Below are positions 48,908-58,258 of a stretch of DNA of 64,000 bases, piece after piece. The translations under genes and the position numbers were made by a program. The notes below the pieces were generated by a model that was not told the origin of the DNA, searched no databases, and saw only the letters and a list, made by a program, of their open reading frames with translations. Source of the stretch: an uncultured delta proteobacterium (GTDB lineage: Bacteria; Myxococcota_A; Polyangia; Polyangiales; Polyangiaceae); NCBI GenBank assembly GCA_963696385.1, contig CAVOKF010000004.1, positions 480,001 through 544,000 on the forward strand, written 5' to 3'. Position 1 is the first letter of the stretch. Every line of letters begins with the position of its first letter.

Positions 48908-48938
48908 TATCGAAAAGTTTGAAAGGCGGAGATGTCAC

Positions 48939-50525
48939 ATGAGCATCGGAGTCAATAAGTCGCGTCGCGTGTTTCTGTCTGCTGCCGGAGTTACGCTCGT
49001 TTTGCCGTTCCTGCCGTCGGCGTTATGGTCCCGGCGGGCGGCTGCAGCGCCGGCTGCTGCCGCGGCTCCGCCGCGGCGTTTCATTGGATGGTTCAATCCA
49101 AACGGCATGGTCATGCCGAACTGGACGCCGAACGTGGCCGATGGGGTGCAGTGGACTGCAACCCAGGGCACGCCGCTCGCAAGTTCCGCTTCAGCGACCT
49201 ACACGGCGGCGAACATCGGCGCGTCGTCGATCCTGTACCCGCTCATCGCCGCCAACCTCCAGAAGAAGACGCTGATCATTTCCGGTCTTGATCACCAGAA
49301 TATCGCCATCCCGACTCCGGCTTGTACGACGGACTCGGTGCCGGGCGGTCACGGTTCGGGAACGGGCTGCTTTCTCAATATGGTGGGCGTCAACTGCGAA
49401 TCGACCGACCCGACGCGCACCAGCCTAGACCAGCTTCTGCTGCCGGTCCTCAACGCCGGCGGAGCACCACTCTTGCCGACAGGGCTGCAAATCGGCCTCC
49501 AAGGCGACAACGACATCTGCGACAATACCAACTGCAATTTCTCGCGGATGATCTCGTGGAGCAACGGGGCTGCGATGTCCAATCTCTACGACCCGCAGCA
49601 GATCTTTCTAGAGCTGTTCGGGTCGTCGCCCACGACCGGCACGACGACGCCGGCAACCACGGCCGCGGCGGCTGCCCGCTATGCCCAGCAAAAGAGCATC
49701 CTCGACGCGGTATTGGCCGACTCGAACTCCCTGGCCACGAAGCTCAGCCCGCGCGACAACATCATGCTTCAGCAGTATCAGGCGGCGGTGCGCGACCTCG
49801 AGGTACAACTGCAGAATCAATCGACGGCTGCGCCGCTCACATGCACGAAGCCCACGGAACCAGCGGCAGGACTCGGGCCCTTGCCGACGACGGGCGGAAG
49901 TCACGCGGTGATTCCGAGCACGTTTATCGAGGGCAACATGCCCTACATGCTCCAGTTCATGGCCTTGGCGTTCACGTGCGACATCACGCGGGCGATCACG
50001 TTCATGTTGGGCAACGGTACGAGCAACAACGACTACGAGTTTCTCATGGGCGTCTCGACGGCGCACCACGGGACCTCCCATCACGGCGGCGCCCCGTCGA
50101 AGTTGGCGGCGCTGACCCAGATCGATACCTGGGAAATCACGCAGATAGCAACGCTTCTAACGTCGCTCAACAGCGTGATGGAGTCCGACGGCACGACGGT
50201 TCTCGACAACACGACGTTCTACATGTCGTCCGACATTGGCGACGGCGCTACTCACAACCATTGGGATATGCCGGTCCTTCTTGCCGGTGGCGCAAGCGGC
50301 AACATGAAGATCGACGGTCGGCACGTCAATTACTACAGCGCCACCGATATGCCGCTGCCGCGAGCGTTGACGAACTATGCGGGTCCGCGAAACCCGAGTC
50401 AGTCAACCGCTCAAGTTCACGCCACCATTATGCAAGCCCACGGCCTTCCGTCAGCGACGTTCGGTCAGTCGGGTACGAACGCCGAATATGGGCCGTCGGG
50501 CCCGCTCACTGAGCTGCTGACCTAG
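48939..50525 (+). CDS. DUF1552 (HXXSHH) protein with a Tat-type signal
   Basis: SRRVFL...LPFL signal, PNG, TSLDQ, AFTCDITR, HHGTSHH and LLAGG. Confidence 0.92.
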   Translation: MSIGVNKSRRVFLSAAGVTLVLPFLPSALWSRRAAAAPAAAAAPPRRFIGWFNPNGMVMPNWTPNVADGVQWTATQGTPLASSASATYTAANIGASSILYPLIAANLQKKTLIISGLDHQNIAIPTPACTTDSVPGGHGSGTGCFLNMVGVNCESTDPTRTSLDQLLLPVLNAGGAPLLPTGLQIGLQGDNDICDNTNCNFSRMISWSNGAAMSNLYDPQQIFLELFGSSPTTGTTTPATTAAAAARYAQQKSILDAVLADSNSLATKLSPRDNIMLQQYQAAVRDLEVQLQNQSTAAPLTCTKPTEPAAGLGPLPTTGGSHAVIPSTFIEGNMPYMLQFMALAFTCDITRAITFMLGNGTSNNDYEFLMGVSTAHHGTSHHGGAPSKLAALTQIDTWEITQIATLLTSLNSVMESDGTTVLDNTTFYMSSDIGDGATHNHWDMPVLLAGGASGNMKIDGRHVNYYSATDMPLPRALTNYAGPRNPSQSTAQVHATIMQAHGLPSATFGQSGTNAEYGPSGPLTELLT

Positions 50526-50717
50526 TCGAATCGGGTGCTGCAGCAGGAGGCCGAGTCGAGGCCGCAAGGGCGGGGGTCGTCCGAGTTCTGGGCGGCCGGC
50601 CAAGGTCGCTAGCGCAAAGTAGCGCGCCAACGCACGCGTTGGCGCGCTTTTGCGTTTCGCGTAGGCAACTGACGGCGCGATCGTCGCTGACGTGTGATCG
50701 AATCTCCTGTCCGCCCT

Positions 50718-52010
50718 ATGCTTATCAGGGTGTACCGCATCGTTTCGGTCGGGGTTGTAGCCGCGCTAGCGGCGGCGTGTGGGGATGGGGCCCAGCATCT
50801 CGGCGGCACTCCACCGATGGATGACGGGAGCGCGGGCAGCGGCGATGGCAGCTCAGGCGCAGGCAGCTCCGCGCCGCTGGATGGTGGCGCGGCGGGCAGC
50901 GGGGATGGGGGCACGGCGGATGGGGGCACTGCGGCGTGCGTCGTCGGTGCGACCCGTTGCGCCGGTAATGGAGTCGAGACGTGCGGCTCGAACGGTAAGT
51001 GGGGTGCCGCCGTCGCCTGCGGGTCGTCGACCCCGGCGTGCGCCGAGGGCGCTTGCGTCGAGCCGCCGAGCTGCGCCGTGAGCGCCATGGGCACGACCAA
51101 CTGCGGCTCAAACAGCGAGAGCTGCTGTACGAGTCTTGCTGTGCCGGCCGGTACGTACGACCGCACGTACACCTCCGGCGCTAGCGGCGCTGCAAACTTG
51201 GCCGACGCCGCCAGCGTGAGCGGATTTCGGCTCGACAAGTACCTTGTTACGGTTGGCCGTTTCCGCCAGTTCGTCAACTACCTAACCGGCAGTGCGGGAG
51301 TGCCGCCGGCCAACGGCAGCGGAATTCATACGCACTTGAACGGCGGCCGCGGGCTTGCCAATAGTGCAAGCCCGGGTGCCTTCGAGACCGGCTGGGACGC
51401 GGCCAACTGGGACCCTGAAATCCCGACGGGGCCGGGCGGGTCGTGCGTATGGGATTGCAACCTAACCGACTGCCTTTCGGCTAGCACCTGGACCAATCCG
51501 GCGAGCACGCAGGAGAACCTACCGCTCACATGCGTCGATTGGTACGAGGCGTACGCGTTCTGCATCTGGGACGGAGGGTTTCTGCCGAGCGAAGCCGAGT
51601 GGGAGTACGTTGCCGCCGGCGGTAGTCAGCAGCGCGAGTACCCGTGGGGTTCGATGGATCCCGGTAGCGGCAACGAGTACGCCATCTATGGATGCTATTA
51701 CGGCGGCGCCGACGCCGGCTGCATGGGTGCCACGAGCATCGCGCCCGTCGGAACGGCAATTCTGGGGGCCGGGTACTGGGGACAGCTCGACATGGCCGGC
51801 GAGGTGTTCGAATGGAACCTCGACTGGTACGCACAGTATGTCGATCCGTGCACGGACTGCGCATACCTCACCTCGACCACGGTGCGAGTGATTCGCGGTG
51901 GCAACTACGGGGGAGTACTCGTGAACTTGCAGGCTGCGAATCGTGATTTCTTCGAAGACCCCACCGATCACGACAGCGTGATCGGGTTTCGGTGCGCCAG
52001 GAGCCCATGA
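50718..52010 (+). CDS. Formylglycine-generating-enzyme (SUMF1/EgtB/PvdO) domain lipoprotein
   Basis: LDKYLVTVGRF, DWYEAYAFC.WDGGFLPSEAEWE, DMAGEVFEW, RGG and GFRCAR. Lipobox AAAC. Confidence 0.92.
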   Translation: MLIRVYRIVSVGVVAALAAACGDGAQHLGGTPPMDDGSAGSGDGSSGAGSSAPLDGGAAGSGDGGTADGGTAACVVGATRCAGNGVETCGSNGKWGAAVACGSSTPACAEGACVEPPSCAVSAMGTTNCGSNSESCCTSLAVPAGTYDRTYTSGASGAANLADAASVSGFRLDKYLVTVGRFRQFVNYLTGSAGVPPANGSGIHTHLNGGRGLANSASPGAFETGWDAANWDPEIPTGPGGSCVWDCNLTDCLSASTWTNPASTQENLPLTCVDWYEAYAFCIWDGGFLPSEAEWEYVAAGGSQQREYPWGSMDPGSGNEYAIYGCYYGGADAGCMGATSIAPVGTAILGAGYWGQLDMAGEVFEWNLDWYAQYVDPCTDCAYLTSTTVRVIRGGNYGGVLVNLQAANRDFFEDPTDHDSVIGFRCARSP

Positions 52011-52078
52011 GGTCCGGCGCGACGCTGCGGCTCCATCGTCGTGGTGGAGCCCAGACGGCTGTGTCGCGAACATCCCCA

Positions 52079-53137
52079 TCAGCGAACATAAACCTCCATC
52101 GCGACGTTGACGTGCGGCGTGATGCCCCAGTTCCAGAAGGAGACGTTGTCGACCACGTCAAGCACGAACCCGTCGGCTCCGTTGCCGCACGCATGGTAAA
52201 CGGCAGGCCACGTTTCGCCCGCGACGGGGCAAGTGAACGCCAAAATGCTTTGCGGCGCCTGCCCTTGATTGGTCGCCTTACCCGGGTCCCCCACGACCGT
52301 CCACGCCGCCTCCTCGGCGACGGCGTCTCCAACAGGCTCATTGGCGTTCGTAATGAGCCCCATCCGGAGGTTCTGGATCGGGACCGCGGTGGCGCTGGTA
52401 ACGTAGGCCAGCGGCGCGCCCGATCCACTCGCGGTGCGCACGTGGACCGTTGTGGATCCTCGGGCGAGCGCGGTAAGCGCCGCACTGGGCATGTACGCGC
52501 ACGAGCCCAGAGCGACGGTTCCCGCTGTCGCCGTGGCTGGAGTGCAGTCGCCGCCGTTCGTCGATTCGACAAGCGTCCAGCCGCCGTCAGCGAAGTTCAT
52601 GTCGCAATAAACTTCAAGAGACGATCCATCCGGAAAGATACTGTAGTTCGCGCTCGAGCTTGTTGGCGCTGCATTGAGGATCTCCCGGCATGAGGCATAC
52701 GAAGTCACCGACGGCCCCCCCGCGTCGACGGCTGAGCCGTCCGTTAGAGAGCCGTCGGCGGCGTCGCTGTCCGCCCCCGAGACGGGCCCCTCGCTCTCCA
52801 CGGTGCTTGCGTCGTCCGGCGCCGGGATCACGCCGTCGGGCGCAGAAAGGGTGGCACCGGTAGAGTCGTCTGGCCCATCGTCCTCTGCGTCGTCGGCTGA
52901 CGCGACGAAAATCGGAGGCCCGTCGCCCTCTCCCGCGGCCGCGTCGGTCTCTCCCGCAGCGGCTTCTGCCTCAACGAGGTTGGCTGCATCTCCAACCGAG
53001 CCCGCCGCCTCATCTACAAATCCGCTGTCACCCGAGGGTCGCTCGGTCAAGCCGTCGACGTTGAGCAGGGCCTCGCAGCCGAAAAGCCCGAGAACAAGCG
53101 CCGTGCAGAAACCAAGAGCACGCGCCACCTGCCTCAT
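52079..53137 (-). CDS. Lipoprotein with a fibrinogen-like YCDxxxxGGGW domain
   Basis: Lipobox LFGC, acidic linker and SCREI...VYCDMNFADGGWTLV. Confidence 0.85.
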   Translation of the reverse strand: MRQVARALGFCTALVLGLFGCEALLNVDGLTERPSGDSGFVDEAAGSVGDAANLVEAEAAAGETDAAAGEGDGPPIFVASADDAEDDGPDDSTGATLSAPDGVIPAPDDASTVESEGPVSGADSDAADGSLTDGSAVDAGGPSVTSYASCREILNAAPTSSSANYSIFPDGSSLEVYCDMNFADGGWTLVESTNGGDCTPATATAGTVALGSCAYMPSAALTALARGSTTVHVRTASGSGAPLAYVTSATAVPIQNLRMGLITNANEPVGDAVAEEAAWTVVGDPGKATNQGQAPQSILAFTCPVAGETWPAVYHACGNGADGFVLDVVDNVSFWNWGITPHVNVAMEVYVR

Positions 53138-53391
53138 CCTAGAACGTGCCATCCGCGAGGGTGATGACTGAAATGCAACTCGGCCCACGTCCCATTTATC
53201 CGATCTGCCGTCCGCGTCTCGGTGACGAACCGAAGGGTGCGGCCCGCGTAGCCGTCGTGGCCCTGGGCGTCGTATCCTCCGCGGAGCCGCATACGCAACC
53301 CGACATCTAGCTGCAGTGTGTGTACCCGGCGCGCCCAATCTCCTTTTCTACGTAGCGTGAAAAATGGAGATGATGTCCTCATAGCCCGGCG

Positions 53392-54273
53392 ATGCGGCCC
53401 CTCGCGAGAGCCACACTTCAGATTCACGTGTGCGTCCTGCTATGGGGCTTCACGTCGGTCCTCGGGCGACTCATCACCCTGCCCGCGCTACCGCTCGTCT
53501 GGTGGCGCATGGCGATCGTGGTCAGTGTGCTCGGGCTCGTGCCGAGCGTGCGGCGACAGGTGCTGATCACGTCGAAAGGGCTGCTCGCCGCGTACGCCGG
53601 CATCGGGGTGGTTGTGACCCTTCATTGGCTGACGTTTTATGGCGCGATCAAGCTTGCGAATGCGTCGGTCGGCGCCGCGTGCTTGGCGCTTGCGCCAGCG
53701 TTTCTCGCGATCCTCGAACCGCTCACCACGCGCCGTCGCTTCGATCCACGCGAGCTGTTGCTCGGCGTCGCCGTCGTACCCGGGGTCGCCCTGCTCGTCG
53801 GTGGAATTCCCCACCGAATGCGCTCGGGCGTGACGATGGGCGTGTTGTCGGCGCTCTCGGCCGCTCTGTTCAATGCGCTCAACAAGCGAGTGGTCCACAA
53901 AGCGCACCCCCTTGTCATCACTTGCATCGAGCTGGCCCCTGGTGTCATGCTCCTCCCCGGGCTCGCCGCCTTGCTGCCGCATGGCCCGGGGCCGCTTCTT
54001 CCGGTGCCCAACGCGCGTGACGCATGGCTTCTCGCGGTACTCGCCATCGCCTGCACGCTGGTCCCGTTCGCGCTGGCCCTGACGGCGCTGCGGCACCTCA
54101 CCGCGTACGCAGTGCAGCTCGCGGTCAACCTCGAGCCGGTCTACTCGATCCTGCTGGCGGTTGTGATCCTCGGCGAGCAACGGGAGCTTGGCGGCTCGTT
54201 TTACGCAGGCGTGGTGATCATCCTGGGTGCCGTGATCGGGGAGAAGGCTTGGCTCACGCGGTCGCCGATATGA
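53392..54273 (+). CDS. DMT/EamA family transporter
   Basis: H.CVLLWGFT.VLG, HWLTFYGAIK and NLEPVYSI. About 10 TM segments. Confidence 0.92.
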   Translation: MRPLARATLQIHVCVLLWGFTSVLGRLITLPALPLVWWRMAIVVSVLGLVPSVRRQVLITSKGLLAAYAGIGVVVTLHWLTFYGAIKLANASVGAACLALAPAFLAILEPLTTRRRFDPRELLLGVAVVPGVALLVGGIPHRMRSGVTMGVLSALSAALFNALNKRVVHKAHPLVITCIELAPGVMLLPGLAALLPHGPGPLLPVPNARDAWLLAVLAIACTLVPFALALTALRHLTAYAVQLAVNLEPVYSILLAVVILGEQRELGGSFYAGVVIILGAVIGEKAWLTRSPI

Positions 54274-54299
54274 AGGCCGACCGAGATGCAGCCGTGACG

Positions 54300-54827
54300 T
54301 TACGCCTTGGTAGCCTCGATTTCGATCGCGATGTCGACCTTCTCGCTGAGGGCCAGGCCACCGGCCTCCAGAACTTGATTGTAGGTCACGCCAAAATCCT
54401 TGCGGTTGATGCTGGTGTGTGCAGAAAAGCCCGCGCGCTCGCCCATTTGCGGGTGCACGCTGCGTCCCGCGTACTCGACGTCGAGGACCACGGATTTCGT
54501 GACGCCGCGTAGCGTGAGGTCCCCGGTTACTTTGAAGGTGGCCTTGGTGCCCTGCACCTTCGTGCTCTTGAACGTGATCTGCGGAAACCTCTCGGCTTCG
54601 AAGAAATCGCCGCTGCGTAGGTGCGCGTCCCGCTGCGGCTCTCGCGTGTCGACGCTCGCAACGTCAATCGTCACCTCGACTTGCGAGGCTGCGACGTTCG
54701 CCTCATCGAAGGCCAACGTCCCCTTCCATTTTGTGAAGAGACCGTGCACCTTCGACACCATGAGATGCCGAACGGTGAAGCCGACGGTGGAGTGGACGGT
54801 ATCGATGTTCCAGTTCTCGAGAGCCAT
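54300..54827 (-). CDS. YceI family protein
   Basis: W.ID..HS.VGF.VRHL, RDAHLRS.DFF, GDLTLRGVTK and INRKDFG. Confidence 0.95.
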   Translation of the reverse strand: MALENWNIDTVHSTVGFTVRHLMVSKVHGLFTKWKGTLAFDEANVAASQVEVTIDVASVDTREPQRDAHLRSGDFFEAERFPQITFKSTKVQGTKATFKVTGDLTLRGVTKSVVLDVEYAGRSVHPQMGERAGFSAHTSINRKDFGVTYNQVLEAGGLALSEKVDIAIEIEATKA

Positions 54828-54967
54828 GGAAGCGCATCCTTTCGATTTCGTGCGTGGCAACCGTTCGATGCTCGAGGCGCACAATCCGTCGCCGGCGTGA
54901 ACGAGGGCGCGAACGCTACCACTAGCGGTCGCAGCCGTCATGTCTCGTTCGGGGCTATCCGTCCCGT

Positions 54968-54989
54968 CCCCGGCCCCGGCCCCGGCCCC
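54968..54989 (-). repeat. (GGGGCC)n hexamer repeat with four G4 tracts; G-quadruplex-capable
   Basis: CCCC at 54968, 54974, 54980 and 54986 on the plus strand. Confidence 0.7.
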
Positions 54990-55071
54990 GTCCTCGTCCG
55001 CGCCATTTCCGTGACCTGCCGGTGGCCGTGTTTTCCGTGCGGACGTTGGCCCCGACACGCTCGTGCTCGGC

Positions 55072-55281
55072 TCACCCCGGTGCCGCTGCTTGCGAGGCGC
55101 TGCGAACTCTGCGCGCCAACGTCTGGCCGCAAATGCACGTCCGGACCTCGATCACGTCGGAGTCCGGCCACGCGGTGACGAAATCGCGAACTCGCGCGGT
55201 CGTGATCTGCTCCACGACGCGAAGCTCGCCCCAGGCATCCGCGCCGTACGACCGGCCGCATCTACTGCACGGCTTGGGCAC
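55072..55281 (-). CDS. Small Cys-motif (CxxC...CxC) protein
   Basis: GTG 1 nt after the PadR stop. PCSRCGRSY...W..L...EVRTCICG. Confidence 0.6.
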   Translation of the reverse strand: MPKPCSRCGRSYGADAWGELRVVEQITTARVRDFVTAWPDSDVIEVRTCICGQTLARRVRSASQAAAPG

Positions 55282-55282
55282 G

Positions 55283-55864
55283 TCACCGTTCCGGGTCGAC
55301 GATCGCTTCGATCTTCGCGATGGCTTCGTCAAGGACAGCGTGGAGCTTTTTGATGATGGAAGGGGTCAATCGTCCCCGCCGAGCGGAGCGTCCGATCGCC
55401 TTGAACATACGGCCCATGCGGCGGCTCAAGTCGCGCAGCTCCTCGGCAAAATCCTCCCACGAGCCCTCCCCCGCAGTCTCGTAGAAGTCGCGCACATCCT
55501 CGACGTGCTCATCGAGGTCGCGCTTACCCTCGAGGGTGATGGCGTAGACCTTCCGCGCCTCGCGCTCCTCAACGCGCGCGTGCCCAAGCTCTTCGAGCAT
55601 TTGCAACGTCGGGTAGATGACGCCCGGGCTCGGACGGTAGGTACCCGAGCTGCGTTCCTCGATCGCCTGAATGATCTCGTAGCCGTGCCTCGGCTGCGGC
55701 GCAATGGCGTCCAGAATGAGGTAGCGGACGACGCCGCGATCGGCGCGCGGGGGGGGGCTGCCGAACAGTTCCGAAAAGTCGGGCCGGCCCGGGCGACCCG
55801 ATCGGCCGAAGGGGCCGGCGCGACCGCCGAAATGCGCATGCCAGTGTGCTCCGTGCATCGGCAT
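55283..55864 (-). CDS. PadR family transcriptional regulator (YqjI-like)
   Basis: PRHGYEII..IEERS.G.YRPSPG.IYPTLQMLEE. AAAAGGAG RBS. Confidence 0.93.
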   Translation of the reverse strand: MPMHGAHWHAHFGGRAGPFGRSGRPGRPDFSELFGSPPPRADRGVVRYLILDAIAPQPRHGYEIIQAIEERSSGTYRPSPGVIYPTLQMLEELGHARVEEREARKVYAITLEGKRDLDEHVEDVRDFYETAGEGSWEDFAEELRDLSRRMGRMFKAIGRSARRGRLTPSIIKKLHAVLDEAIAKIEAIVDPER

Positions 55865-55878
55865 CTCCTTTTGAAAAG

Positions 55879-55953
55879 GGCGATGCGAGACGCATCGCCA
55901 AGACGTATCATATAGATGTATCTATAGATAGAGCGGTAGCAGTTTCCTGTCAA
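55879..55953 (-). promoter_or_regulatory. PadR promoter/operator and leader hairpin
   Basis: Minus-strand TTGACA (55953-55948), palindrome TATAGAT-GT-ATCTATA (55911-55926) and a 9-bp hairpin (55879-55899) followed by CTTTT. Confidence 0.65.
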
Positions 55954-56202
55954 GCCTCGCCACCCTTCCCTTCCGGCCATGGGCGTCGGGTCGCCGTGGA
56001 TCACACGACGCATCGACGACTGCGGCCGTCCGACGGCGATCGACGGGCATGGCCGGAAGGACACCCAATCACGGGGCAGGCGTGTCGCACGTGAAGGCCC
56101 GCGTTACGGGAAGCCGCGTCCAGTGACGCTGGAAGGCGCAACCATTAGCGAAATCCGGCCGAAGGTACGGGCGGGCGTCATGTCTTATGGGATGCTGTCC
56201 GA

Positions 56203-58056
56203 ATGGGTCGCACGGTCATGTCGTTGGGCGCGTACGTCCTATTTCTCGTCGCCATGCCGGGCGCGGCTGGGTGCGGCACCTCCGTCGGCAACGCGATAGG
56301 GAGCGCCACTCGAGGCTCATCCGTCAGCCAGCCGACCAGCTCCAGCAAGGCCGGAGCGAGCACGGGACTCGACGCGGGCGTTGGGACAAATTTCGGCGGG
56401 GGCGATGCGGCTCCGACGCTGGTCGGAATCAGCGCGACCGGCGACGCTTCGACGACGGCGCCTACGACGACGGCCGATCCGCAGACGTGCGCCGAGGCGG
56501 CGCAAGCGCACACGTACGTTGGCTGCGACTATTGGCCCACCGTCGTGGCCAATAACGTGTGGACCATCTTCGACTTCGCCGCAGTGGTCGCGAATGCAGG
56601 CACCGTTGCGGCCGATGTCACGGTCACCGGTCCCATGAACACGAACCAGACCGTCACCGTGCCGCCCGGCCAATTGGCAAAGATCTACCTGCCCTGGGTG
56701 CCCGCACTGAAGGGTCCGGCCGCCGACAATTGCGGTGCGGCCGCACCTCTGACCGATAGCGTCCTTGCGACCGGCGGTGCCTTCCACCTCGTCTCGACTG
56801 TGCCGGTCACCGTCTACCAGTTCAACGCACTCGAGTACCAAGGAGTGGGGGGCCCCGCAGGCAAGGACTGGAGCACGTGCCCAGGCCTCCAGGCATGCAT
56901 TGATCCGGCCGTCTACCTAGTCCCCGTAGAAGTGGGCTGCTACTCGTTCTCGAACGACGCGTCGCTGCTTCTGCCGAGCACAGCAATGACCGGCAACTAC
57001 CGCGTTGTGGGCCACGAAGGCACGGTTGAGACTGACCCAACGACGGGCCAAAGCTTGTCGAACGGGGGCTACATGGCCATCACGGCCACGGCCGATGCCA
57101 CAACCGTCACGGTCACCGTCTCGAGCGCTGGGCAGATCGCGGCGGGCACCGGCGTCGCTGCCACCAACGCCGGAGGCACGCTGACGCTGACGCTCAATGC
57201 CGGCGACGTCGCCGAGCTGCTCGGCCCCGGTGGTTCCGACTTAAGCGGGTCGATCGTGCAGGCGAGCGCGCCTGTCCAAGTCATCACGGGCAACCCCTGC
57301 TACGAGATCCCGCCGGGCACACCGGCTTGTGACCACATGGAAGAGTCGGTGCTGCCAGCAGAGACGTTCGGCAAAGATTACGTCGTCACCCGGCCCGCCG
57401 GTCCCTCGCTCCTCGACGGCGGCGGGGCCACCGAGGCACCGGTCCCGCATCAGGTGCGCTTCTATGGGAACTTCGACAACACCAACCTGACCTACAACCC
57501 CGCGGTCCCCGCGGGTTGTCCGACGACGCTCAGCGCCGGCCAGGTCGTCGAGTGCGGTGTCGGCGGCGCGTGCCCGACCACCATCAACGTCGCGGATACC
57601 TACACGTGCGGGGTCACCGACGAAGATTTCGAGGTGACCGGCGATCAGCCCTTCGCGGTCGCCACCTTCACCCTGGGCGCGACGCTCATCGACCCCCTGA
57701 TGATTCAGGGCGATCCTGCTCAAACCTCAGTCGCCGCCGTCGAGCAGTACCGGTCGAAGTACGTATTTCTCGCTCCCGAAGACTACATCGCCAACTTCGT
57801 CGATATCGTCGCCATGCCGGGCACCGTGATGACGATCGACGACCAGGACCTGGTCGCCGAGCCGCAGGCAATCGGGACGTCGGCCTACAGCGTCTACCGC
57901 GCCCAGCTGGGGCCTGGTCAACTGGGCGCACACGTGCTCATTGCGTCCCAGCCGGTCGGCCTCCAGGTCGTCGGCTACGGCGCTTACACGAGCTACCGAT
58001 ATCCCGGGGGGCTCAACCTCGCACAGATTGCCGCGCCGCCGCCGCCGCCGCGATAA
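56203..58056 (+). CDS. IgGFc-binding domain lipoprotein (myxobacterial)
   Basis: YVGCDYWPT, PVTVYQFN.L, SNDASLLLP, CDHMEE.V.P and C-terminal YTSYRYPGG. Lipobox AAGC. Confidence 0.88.
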   Translation: MGRTVMSLGAYVLFLVAMPGAAGCGTSVGNAIGSATRGSSVSQPTSSSKAGASTGLDAGVGTNFGGGDAAPTLVGISATGDASTTAPTTTADPQTCAEAAQAHTYVGCDYWPTVVANNVWTIFDFAAVVANAGTVAADVTVTGPMNTNQTVTVPPGQLAKIYLPWVPALKGPAADNCGAAAPLTDSVLATGGAFHLVSTVPVTVYQFNALEYQGVGGPAGKDWSTCPGLQACIDPAVYLVPVEVGCYSFSNDASLLLPSTAMTGNYRVVGHEGTVETDPTTGQSLSNGGYMAITATADATTVTVTVSSAGQIAAGTGVAATNAGGTLTLTLNAGDVAELLGPGGSDLSGSIVQASAPVQVITGNPCYEIPPGTPACDHMEESVLPAETFGKDYVVTRPAGPSLLDGGGATEAPVPHQVRFYGNFDNTNLTYNPAVPAGCPTTLSAGQVVECGVGGACPTTINVADTYTCGVTDEDFEVTGDQPFAVATFTLGATLIDPLMIQGDPAQTSVAAVEQYRSKYVFLAPEDYIANFVDIVAMPGTVMTIDDQDLVAEPQAIGTSAYSVYRAQLGPGQLGAHVLIASQPVGLQVVGYGAYTSYRYPGGLNLAQIAAPPPPPR

Positions 58057-58258
58057 GCCTCGTGCGCGCGCCCGGCGGCGCTGACGTCGAGACATCGCGC
58101 CCGGTCGCTCGACGTCCCCCGCTCACGGTCGACTCGCCATGAGCGGCGCCCGCGCAACGAACACCGCGCACGGCTGCCGTCCGGACGGCCGTTCACACGC
58201 CGTCATCGCTTCGCACGAACGGGTGCCGTGATTGCCGGGAAAGCGGATCCATGACGAG

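Noticed and set aside
50718..52010. FGE-domain gene as a diversity-generating retroelement target
   Set aside because: No reverse transcriptase and no template repeat of its 3' end in the window.
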